Source: Octopus bimaculoides (lineage: Eukaryota). Taken from it: a stretch of DNA of 61,475 bases. Positions within the stretch are counted from its first letter, which is position 1; each line of letters opens with the position of its first letter. The position numbers were made by a program, and so were the translations under genes. Positions 50,790 to 61,475 of this stretch are shown here, piece by piece. The notes below the pieces were generated by a model. That model ran no database searches. It was given only the letters and a program-made list of their open reading frames with translations, and had not been told where the DNA came from. The stretch lies in the NCBI RefSeq assembly GCF_001194135.2, contig NC_068984.1:38088624-38150098 (forward strand). Reading direction: 5' to 3'.

Positions 50790-51800
50790 ACTGTACACTT
50801 TGTCAACCTGGAGAAAGCCTTTGACAGTGTTCCTTTCTTTCTGATCTGGTGGTCGTTGGTGAAGCTAAGAGTAGACGAATGGCTGCTGAGACTAATTCAA
50901 GTCATGTACAGATAAACGTTAGCAATGGCTGCTGAGAGTGGTTCAAGTCATGTTAGTCAGATAAACGTTAGCAATGAGTATGAAAGCAAATTTCGTGTGC
51001 AAGTAAGACTTCTCTGGGTTAAGCTCTCACTTTCATCCTACTCATCATAGTCCTTTAGACCATAACAGAGGAACTTAAGACTGGGTACTTGTAGGAACTC
51101 CACTATGCTGATGATTCTGCTCTTATAGCTGAATTTGTCATAGAATTAGAAAAATTCCATGTGTAGAAGCAAAACCTGGGATCAGAAGGCCTTAAATTTA
51201 ACTTACCAAAGTTTTAGTAGGCAAGAAAACAGACAAGTACGCTATATCCTTCAGGAAAATGACCATGCTGGTAGAAATTTCATCTGATGTACCCAGAGCA
51301 AATTATGGACACAAGGTGTGCAAGTAGAATCATATGATGGTTGACAGAAAACAAAGATTGTCTGTGGCAGATGTGTTGGAGTAATAAGCAGTAAGAACAT
51401 CCAGAAAATAGATTTGTTAAATGCCCATGTGGATCCTTAGTGGGTAGTTTCTGTCACCTCGATTACCTAATTAACTATGGGGGAGGATGTTCTGAAAGTA
51501 TAGTTGTTAGAATAGGACTAGTTGGAGAAAGTTCAGAGAGCTATTAACTTTGCTAGCAGCATAAAGCCTCTCACTCAGAGTGAAAGGCAGTTTGTATGAA
51601 CAGCAGTGCTTACACGGTAGTGAAATGTAGGCTATAAATGCAGAAGACATGTGAAGACTAGAGATAAATGAAGCTAGCACACTTCACTGGATGTGCAGCA
51701 TTAATGTGCATGTACAACAAAGTGCAAATGTGTTGAGGGAAAATTGAGCATAAGAGGCATCAGATGTAGTATGCAAAAGAAAAAAAATTGCACTGGCATC
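50790..51800 (+). mobile_element. RTE-clade LINE fragment (RT core)
   Basis: FVNLEKAFDSVP...WWSLVKLRVDEWL, a YADD-like motif (cactatgctgatgat) near 51100, many stops, and an internal ~47-bp tandem duplication at ~50880-50975. Confidence 0.85.
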
Positions 51801-54800
51801 AGCCATGCTCAAATGGTGCTTTTTACGTGCCACCTGCACAGGAGCCAATCCAGCGACACTGGTAATGACAAAAGATAGATTGATACATAAAACTACTTTC
51901 TGCAGTTAAGAGTAATGAAAATTTTGAGTGGATATATACAGATTTTCACAGTAAAAGGACTAATTTCTTTAGGTCATATTTGTACTATGTGAAATAATTC
52001 TGGTTTTATTCTAGCATTTGCCAAACATCTTCTTACATAAATATTCAACATCTTCAGTTACTTGACCACTATACTTCTCATTACAACTGATTTCTTGTTC
52101 AACCACAATACACATCATCAAAATGTTCCCTAACAGGTTGGTGGAATAATTAATTCTACATTATCCCATCTTCATGACTGTTACTTTAATGAAAAGTGAG
52201 TTAAATGGCCCTTCACCAATACAACAATTACTCCAATTATTATTATTATTAAAATTCTAGTTTAATGTATCCCCATATAAAATATTACCATTGGCTGTCT
52301 CCAACTTTATATTTTCACTTTATATTTTTATAATATCAGTTTCTACCAGGTGATATTCCAACCATGATAACTGTTTTCGATTGAGATACAATGTCTGTAG
52401 TTTGAGGGGCAGGGTATTAGTCAGTACCACAGAACCCAGTATTTGACTGATATTTTATTGATCCCTAGTGGGACGAAATGCAAAGTTGACCTTGGTAGAA
52501 GTCGAACTCAGAACATAAAGTGTTGGAAGAAGTACTACAAGAATTTTGTCTGGCTCTCCAATGATTCTGCTAGTTTTCTGCTTAACACTCTTGTTACCAT
52601 ATTTCTGTTGAGATGCTCTGTGTTTCTTTCAGTTTTAAATATAACAAAGAATTTAGTAAAATAACTTAGTTATCATTAAGCTAGTGTTAGGAACATAAAT
52701 TCTGACTAAGGTTTGGTGGAAGATTTTAATTCAGAACTTTTGAAAACAAGACATTTGTACTCCAGAGGCAGTTTCAGGCAGATTGGTATCAAAAGGGTTA
52801 ATTCTAATTATGATAATGCATCAACATGTTAAATTTCAGATGTCTTTACACAAGATCTTTCAGAATCAGTTGCTCTTATTTATTAATACTATCTTAAAAC
52901 ACATGCAACTATTACTTTCAGTAAACCTTAACTTTTGCTAAAAATAAATCCTAAAAGCTCTTTTTGTTGATTTACATAATTCCTGCTAGTGGTTCTTGGT
53001 TTTTTTCTAGAATTATCCAAATGCACTATCAAGTGGAGATTCATTACTTTTAACCAGCATGGTTATCGTTGTGTCACACTAAGTTTATCTAAATAAAGCC
53101 ACAATCACATGCAGTCTTCTACATGAGGAAGCTTTGTTCAATTGTACAGCCAAGTTCTCTGACATTGAACTACTAGTCACCTTCAATAATTTTTATCAAC
53201 TTGTAAAATACATACACTAATGCAACAATATGACCATAAGAATAACACCACAGAAATAATATCAAGGTTTTAATGTTATTCATTTACTAGGTTTTTGTCT
53301 CTTTTGTGATTGTATTATTTTTGCCTGTTTTTTTTTTTTTTTGAGAAGCTAGGAAATTGAACATTCACTACTTAATCTGTGTGTGCATATATGTGTGTGA
53401 TATATATACATATATACATGAACATACGCAGTGTGTGTGTGTGTATGTATGTATCTGTGTAAACCTCTGTGCATGTGTGTGTGTAAACCAGTGTATCAAG
53501 TTGTGTCCCTTTATGTCAAAAATGTAACTTAGCCAGTTGATTAATAGAGGTACATAAAATAAATACCAGACTAATATAAGTATTGGGAGTTGATATGATT
53601 GACTAAAACTGTTGAAGTTGGTACTCCTGCATGGACTCAGAGAGAGTGAGAGAGAGATGGATGGATGGCTATATTACCTCACATATATGCACATGCGCAC
53701 TCACACACATGTATATATGTACTACTTACTATGAGTGGGATAGTTTTTGTTGTAATGTTTGTCCTTCCCCTTACTTACCAGTCAACCGTGAATTAATTGC
53801 AGAACCTATTGGCAATCAAGCAAAAAAACATTGCTATGCATCTTATTGACTGTGCCAAAAGTTTGAACTTAAGACCTTGTGGTTAGCAGTTCACCACCTG
53901 AACCCCGCAGCTGTTTATATATTTGTGCTTGTAAACAGAATGCAGAATAATTATCCATGATTTTGATTTCCCTTTTGAAAAATTCTTTATTCTCAACTCT
54001 TATAATGGACACAAATATATAATTCATTATGTACAGTGTTGCACTAGTAATTTATGTGCAGTATCATGTGCAGGTCTCATGTTCCTGACAGATGTTGATC
54101 AAAATCGAAGTTCATACATTGTATAACTACTGGGTGGGCAATACCATTTGCCACAACTTTGCTAAATCAAGATAGATAGGACTCTTTTCTATAATTACTT
54201 CTCTCTTTCTCAATTAAGTCAGACATTTATAAAACATACACATTATATACAGTGCCTCAAATCAGCCCTTGTAGAGCTTGTATCAAATGATTATGCTTTT
54301 GAAATGGGGTCATCTTGTGTAGCCAGAGGTGGACTGCTAAGTTTGTATATTACTTTAACTTGAAATATGCTAATGGCTTTAAAAAAAGGCATGTTCACAT
54401 TGAAAGCAAAGTATTAATATTTCTTCCTTTGGATTAATTGTAAAGAAATCAGTTATATTTTATCTATAAAAAAAAAACCCCTCAAAAATTAAAAATGAAT
54501 TAGTAATCTATAATTGGTTTCTTAATTAACAAATGAAATGTTTCTGTTCTAGAAGATATTTAGGTTTCATCTCAATGGAAATAATGTATTTCTTTGAAGG
54601 AAAGTTAATTCTGATGCCTACAATCAAAATATTGAGAATATATAGTGTTGTTTGAGTTCTGTAATATACCATATAGATTTCCAGATTGCTTAGTTGGCAG
54701 AATACTAGAATACAATTTGCCAATGCACTAAATTCTCAGAATCCCAGACCTCTTACTATAAATTGGTTCACAGAGAAATGTAACTCATAACTGTAGGCAA

Positions 54801-55937
54801 GAACATTGTAAAATTGAGGACTGATTTGTTAGCTTGCTGTGTTTAATTTAGTTTCTTTTGGAGAGGAAATGAGCTTTGACAGACTACATTCTCTTACAAT
54901 TATTGTCTTTGGTGATGCTCTAAGACCTACTTTAGTCATTGGAATGTCCCCCCCTCTCTCTCTTGCCCAAGCTGAACACAAGGTTCTTTGTATATTACAA
55001 GTATTCATGAGTGTGTTTATGTGTGAATCTATAAATTAAATTTCTAAATTTTGTTTTGATTTTTAATTTTTACCACTCATTTTCAATATTGGGTTTAATA
55101 TTATAAATTACATTATTTATTTCATTCTAATATTTGTAACAACTTTGTTATGTTTATTTTGAAGTAAAAGATATAAAGCACAAACAAAATCAGTTTTGTC
55201 ATCTACAATTCATATTCACTATTTTAAATGCTACTTTATTTTTTCTCCCCCACCATGTTTCAAAAACATGACAACAGCAGCACTCACTAATTTAACACAA
55301 TATAAGCTTCTTTAACAATTAGATACTTCATCTCCACCCTTATTGGTTACTATTACACATAGAGGTATCAGCATGTACAAGTTGCTCCAATGACACATCA
55401 TAGTGCCTGCAAAAAGAGGAGAATCATATGCAATGGTGTGAGCCAAAATTTTATTGCATAATCTTCTCGAGTCTTTAGTATTCAGTTCTCTTCTGCATAA
55501 GTGTTGCTTTATAAACCCTCTTATTATTTATGGAGAACTGTTTGGAGTAATGATGATGACAGCTTTTAAAATAGTAATCTTATACATGTTGAAGTAATAA
55601 TGATACTCACTGGTTCCATTAGGACAATCTTAACAATATCCTAAATTAAACTTTTATGTATTTTGTGTTTGCTCCCTTGAAATATGTCAAAACAAAAATA
55701 TATCAAAAGTAAAAAAAAAAAAAGTAAAAGAAAAGTGGTATTGGTGCTAATGTCACTATGATTTTGGTCTGATGAATTTATTTTTAATTTGTGTCATAAA
55801 ATAACTAACCCAAAATGATTGCTGTATTTACTATTTTTGTTTGATGAAATTTTTTTAAAATGTTTTAGTTTAATAAAATACATTTTACTCCCTCTGTCTA
55901 TCCATATACACACAAATATAAATAAATAACATATATA

Positions 55938-55993
55938 NNNNNNNNNNNNNNNNNNNNNNNNNNNNNNNNNNNNNNNNNNNNNNNNNNNNNNNN
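55938..55993. other. Assembly gap (N run) within (TA)n
   Basis: 56 N. Confidence 1.
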
Positions 55994-56028
<35 letters not shown>

Positions 56029-57779
56029 GTGTTGCCCATGTTTAGCAAAATTCCATGGAATGTTTTGTCTGATTGAATGCAAAACAAAGAAGAAAAAGAA
56101 AGCTTTCTTATAAATAGTAAAAAAAATGCACATTTACTACTTGCATTTGATGAAAGACATTTCTAACTATTCTTTATCTAAAAAAAATCAATATCTCTGA
56201 GGATAATCTTTATTCTTTTATCAATATATTCCCTTCTCTTGATTTAATTTGGCTCTTTGATCTCTCTTCTTATTTATTATTTTTATTTTATAATCCTACT
56301 CTTCTTTTACCTTCAGCCACAGTGTTCACTTTTGTAACTAAACTGCAATACCTATGTCTTTGATACCTGCCTTTACCCCTTACTAGTGGTGACTCATCAC
56401 TGGTGTTCTTTTTTCTTTATCATCATCACCATCATCAACAACAAGCTGGTAGACCAACAGAAGTGCCAGAGTGCTGGACTAAATGCCTTGCAATATCTAG
56501 TTTCATCTGCCTATGTTCTGAGTTCAAATGCTGCTGAAGATGATGTTTTATTTATTTTTTTTTTTATTTTGCCTTTCATCCCTCCAGTGTTGATGAAATA
56601 AGTACCAGTCATATACTAGGTAAATTTAATCAACTATGATCCCTCCCTTAAAATATCTGTGGCTATGTGCCAAAATGAGAAACCGTTATCTTGATGTTTT
56701 GAGAAGTACTCATCTCACAAGAACTGATAGCCAATTGGGTAAGGTAACTGGACACTACTTAGTCTCTGGTATCAAAAGTTCAATCCCATTACAAGCAATG
56801 CAATGTATTCTTGAGCAAAACACTTCCTTCTACTTGCCAAAGTTACCATAACTAATTAATAACTCCTGATGACTATATCATCACTATCACAATCGACCAT
56901 TACTATTATAATTCATTACCGTTATTATCATCATCATTATGATCCTCATTGACACACAATTAAGTGTTGAACATCTGATTCCTAGCCAATATGTTTGTAT
57001 CTCACCATGGGAATTGTGTCAGTGTTTATACAGAGTACCTGATTACTTATGTCTAAGGTATCACATCATCATTATCATAATCATCATCACTATAAACATG
57101 AAAATGATACTTAAAAGAAACCCTTTATAAACGCCAATCTTTTCTTCATTGAGTGAAAGCTTAAAAAACAAATTTAAATAATAGTAATGATAAGGAAGAT
57201 GATAATGATGACTACAATAAAAATTTATAAACATGTCTGTATACGAGTAATTAATTTAACAATTTATTTTTTCTGTCATGTTAACAAAAAACTCATTTTG
57301 TTTTTCAAATTGTAAAATATTTATATTATTTATATCAATTTAGTAGCAAGAAAATAGCTGCTGGTGTGATCCTGTTTTTTAATTTTTTTGTTTACTTGTT
57401 GTTGCTCTGTGTGTGTGCATATGTATTTTTTAACTTTTAAAATATTTTATTAATTTTACTATTTACTGTAAAAAGAAAAAGAACATTTTTGAAACCAAAA
57501 TCCAAATGATCCTTCAACTGACTTGATATTTTGATTCCCTTATTTTTTATTTTTATTTTTTCTCTTGTCCTTTTTGCATCAGTTTGGAAAATATCATTTT
57601 CTTAAAACTATGTACTTATAAATAATAAATAAAAATAAACATTTTGTTATTGTATGAATTTTAAATGAGGTTTTATTTACTTGACATTTTTTGTCAGTAT
57701 TTGCAGTTTTTTAATCTGAAAATATTTTAATCTCAAAATATAGTAGACCCACTCACCACAACTGAATTTAGATCCTAAA

Positions 57780-57995
57780 ACTATGGTGCCATGTAAAAAG
57801 CAGTGGTGTGAATGCTGATACCATTTTAAAAGCACCCAGTACACTCTGCAAAGTGGTTGTCATTAGAAAGGGTAACCAGCTGTAGAAACCATGCCAAAAC
57901 AGACTATGGAACCTGGTGTGACCCCTGGTTTTTCCAGTTCCTGTCAAGACATCCAACCTGTACTAGCATGGAAAATGGACATTTGATGTTGATGA
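57780..57995 (+). repeat. Family A repeat
   Basis: aaagcacccagtacactctgcaaagtggttgtcattagaaagggtaaccagctgtag...gatgttgatgatgag. Confidence 0.78.
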
Positions 57996-58410
57996 TGAGA
58001 ATAATTCATGCCAGAGCTACATAGAATTGTCCTTCCAGATATAGATCAGTAAGGAAGAACAAACTGTGTTACTCAATGATTGATATTAAGATTCATTGAC
58101 TATTACTACAAAAGCCATGCAAACTGGAAATTGTAATCAGGTAAGGGTGATCAACAGATTTGTGTCACAATTTCCCAGTTTCATTCTTGGCACAATGACG
58201 TTTTACATACTGTTCATCATTTCTTACTATGCTGCTTTCACTTATGTGTTCATGTAAATGGGTTGTTTGAATTCTTGTTTTATTACAACACCCAATGCCT
58301 TGCAATATCTAATTTCATCTGCCAATGTTTTGAGTTCAAATGCTGCTGAAGATGATGTCTTATTTCTTTGTTTTTTATTTTGCCTTTCATCCCTCCAGTG
58401 TTGATGAAAT

Positions 58411-58670
58411 AACCACTACACCATATGTCCACGGGCATATGGTGTAGTGGTTATTCTGAGTTCGATTCCAGGCAGTGACCTGAATAGTAATAGTAATGAT
58501 AATAACAGATCAAAAATTACCTTAGGAATGAGAACCCAGGTTCAAAATTTCCCCAAGACACTTGATGAAGGCTGGAGAGTATATCAGCCAAAACATTATG
58601 TTAACAACAAACAAGACGAGGACAAATATCCATCAATTGTAAATAATGTATCCATTATCCTTATTTAAAT
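58411..58670 (+). mobile_element. Putative tRNA-headed non-autonomous retroelement with a decayed hammerhead-ribozyme tail
   Basis: A-box TGGTGTAGTGG (58440-50), B-box AGTTCGATTCC (58459-69), an (AAT)-like spacer, then gacac-tTGATGA-a-GGCTG[gagagtatat]CAGCC-aAAAC-att-atgtt (58557-58602). Confidence 0.6.
58557..58602 (+). ncRNA. Degenerate minimal type-I hammerhead ribozyme (probably inactive in this copy)
   Basis: The core order CUGAUGA / 5-bp stem II / GAAAC / NUH / stem I is intact, but C3>U and G12>A are substituted. G12>A and one further G>A are at inferred CpG sites. Confidence 0.55.
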
Positions 58671-58714
58671 TTCATAACAGCTAAGGTCAAAGTATGGCTA
58701 AGGATGGGTTGGGG

Positions 58715-59540
58715 GGAACACTATCAAAGTTACAGCTGTGTAGGGATTCCATTGAATAACATTATACAGGCTAAGTTCATCAAATGCAGAAATCAAGACT
58801 TTTGTAAGTAGTTATTTCTTCAACAAAAATATTAATAATTTCCTCATTAATAAAATCATCAACATTGGAAAGATAATATTGCTTAGTCTATGAGGTTTGG
58901 TTGACCAAATCCAATGATATGCTAAAACCTTGACTTGTCATTTCAACACAATCTTAACATCATTTAGAAGCTCAATCTTGCCATTGCTATCCACTTGTTC
59001 CTTTCCTTCACCAACAAAAAGTTGAAAATTAGTTTAATGGTAATCCTCTTAATTTGGTAATTGCATATTCATAAGTTTTATTATTCTCCTAGTAAGTGAA
59101 GAATGAGTTCTCATTTGTTCACATTAGCTGCTCCACTAATTTCTTTAAGGTAGGAAGCATTTGTTGAAAATTGTCTAGAAATACTATGATCTTGCCATCA
59201 AAAAGTAAACTATTTTGCAACAGATCACAAAGTGTGCAGTCATTGGCTTAATATACCTACTTTAATATTTGTGGGGCTTCAATCCAACAGATGAAACCAA
59301 AGTCTCAAATTATTTTTGTCACTTTGCTGTTAACATCAGTGTTGCAAACAAAACCCCTGTCAAAGAAAGTGGAATATGGAAATTTGGATGAGCTATAAAA
59401 GAACTTTGGTAGAACAGTGCACTCACTTGGTGCAAGAGAGAGAACTGGTTGGTCTAAATATGCTACTAACTATTCAATAAAATGTTTGATAGAAATATGC
59501 CTTTCTGGAGCTACCAGAACCAGTAACAAAGAAAAGGTTT
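58715..59540 (-). mobile_element. Helitron RepHel fossil (PIF1-like helicase domain); may extend to ~60700
   Basis: Collinear decayed motifs on the minus strand: LFFVTGSGSSRKAYFY (motif I), ICWIEAP...ANDCTLCDLLQNSLLFDGKIIVFLDNFQQMLP (motifs II-III; cf. IIWDEAP...FGGKVVVLGGDFRQILP), NVDDFINEEII...TYKSLD and YSMESLHS. Confidence 0.85.
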
Positions 59541-61315
59541 TGAACTTGGATTGTTGCTGTATGGGACATCCATTAGTATTTTGTTACTCTTCTTCAATAT
59601 ATCTTTTGAATGTTTGCTTCGGCTCTAAGTAGGTTGTGTTGCTAATGTATGGAGGTAATTCCAAAAATTCTAATTCATTTGGTACAAACGTCTAAGGGAT
59701 GAACTGTTAAATAGAAGTTCCATTTTGGAGATAAGGTATTTTCAGTCAGTGATAACAACCTTCTTTAATTGTTTATCATCAATGTAATGATGCTGCAAGT
59801 GATGGTCTACTTTAGATAACTTATGATTTTGAAAGGGTTTCAGTTGACCTGAGACTTCATAAAACAATATCAAAGTAAACAGATCTTGAATGTGAGGTGC
59901 AGAATAGATTTCAGATTTAAGGTACTATTAATATTTTCATCAAATGCCATAATCTGCTTGATGTTTCCCAAGTTTTCAGTTACTAAAACCAGCATGTCTC
60001 AGATGTGTGTAGTAAAAGCATATACAAATACTATTTTCAAGAATCTTCAGCTGACACAAAATGTTGACAATCTGCATTTTCTCTTGAGTTCTTTGACACA
60101 AATTTTATGTTTTAAAGTGTGCTAAATTAATGTCTTCCATCACAATTTTATGTTAATTTGTTTTAAATACCAGCTTACTAATGACAAAGTTATTTTACTA
60201 AATTCTTCATTTAAGAGTGCAGTGAAACAAGGATAGCCAAACTGTTAATATGCACCTGTTGCTTTAGTATGCATAGGGGTTGTCAAATTGCTACCCTTTT
60301 ATATTCACCTTAAGGAATATAAGAAATAAACAAATATAATGGCAGTATTTGTCATAGAATTTCTAGGAGACAAATACAAGATTGTAACATTTCTAAAGGA
60401 ATATTTCACTTCACAGTGTAAATTTGCTGGTAAACAGAAAATTTACTGTGGTACTCATCCAACAGGTGAGAATGCTAGATTTGCATTTCTGCCTCATTGA
60501 GCTTTCTTAGTAGCACATTCTCACATCCAACTGCATGCTAAGACAAAATCCATTGCTACTGATATAGGAGAACAGTGATTGAACAGTCACTCTGCAGCAA
60601 TTAACTACGTAGTTGAATAAAAATCTGTTATATACAACACAGTATTAGATTAAAATAGACATCCATGTATCATACTTGATATAAGTACATTGCAAAAAAG
60701 CAAATTTAGTATAGTATTCATCCAGAGATAGTATCTCTTATGAACATACTGTGCATATAAGGGATTTTCACTCCAATAATGATACAGGAAAATTTCCCAG
60801 GAATACTTTCTGTATGAAGAACATACAGTTAAGTGCTTAATGACATACTTAATGTAATGAACTAAAAAGAATTGTTAATCGATTAAAACTATATCTGTAA
60901 TTAGAATAAAAGTCTATTTACATATTTCATTGACATTGCTTGCTTTGTCAATAAATGGATGAAAGTCAAATTTGACCTTTAGCAGAATTTGAACTCAGAA
61001 CAAAGTGATAAAACAAATCTTAATACTTTAAGCGATTTAGTGTAGTGTTTTCAGTTAACCTCCAATTAGTCATCCTTCTGACCCAACATGGGAATCTCTG
61101 TATAACCACTTGATCTGCTAGAAATAACAGCCAAACCTTTTTCAAATCACCCTGGCATCTTGAGAAAAAACAAAAAAAAGACATATTAGGCAATATAGTT
61201 CTAAATAAATAAATAAAAAAATAAAACTGGATGGTCACAGCTGGAGTGCTCAAACTGAGCTGACCTGGGTCTAAACAAGAACTAGCCACTTTAGAAATAA
61301 TATACCGAAGAATAT

Positions 61316-61361
61316 TAGTGCTTTAAGATCAGACTAGTGCTTTAAGATCAGACTAGTGCTT
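61316..61361 (+). repeat. 19-bp tandem duplication (2.4 copies) at the LINE 5' junction
   Basis: tagtgctttaagatcagac x2 plus tagtgctt. Confidence 0.9.
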
Positions 61362-61475
61362 CATCATAGATTAGCTACTGTCATCTCAGCCTATGCACCT
61401 CAACCTGGGCTACCAGATGGTCTGAAAGACCAATTCTATGACACCCTCTTGCAAACTACCTCGTCGACGAGTGAC
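61340..61475 (+). mobile_element. RTE-clade LINE AP-endonuclease region, running off the window end
   Basis: Open frame from 61356: VLHHRLATVISAYAPQPGLPDGLKDQFYDTLLQTTSSTSD. The SAYAPQ...K..FY motif is typical of RTE endonucleases. Confidence 0.85.

Noticed and set aside
52000-57700. A second protein-coding gene downstream of STK11IP
   Set aside because: No ORF or exon chain with credible protein features; only AT-rich non-coding sequence and repeat fragments.

Overview
This is AT-rich, microsatellite-laden, repeat-dense eukaryotic DNA with three N gaps. The repeat types point to a cephalopod, most likely Octopus (inference). One spliced protein-coding gene dominates the window: the 3' ~1,027 codons of an STK11IP (LKB1-interacting protein/LIP1) orthologue on the + strand. 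I reconstructed 15 GT-AG coding exons by hand from 3062 to 44834 (stop TGA at 44832-44834). All splice phases are compatible, and the N-terminal LRR exons lie upstream of the window. Introns and the downstream region contain a full-length decayed mariner (DD34D), mariner and hAT MITEs, a Gypsy gag-protease remnant, several RTE-clade LINE fragments, a Helitron PIF1-helicase fossil and several SINE-like families. The most unusual object is a ~260-bp element at 58411-58670. It has a tRNA-like A/B-box head preceded by a fold-back copy of its own 5' end, and a tail that reads as a CpG-decayed minimal type-I hammerhead ribozyme of the Penelope kind, suggesting a Pol III/ribozyme non-autonomous retroelement. 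A near-perfect 71-bp-arm intronic hairpin at 8741-8897 also stands out. Protein and element family assignments come from remembered motifs, not database searches.
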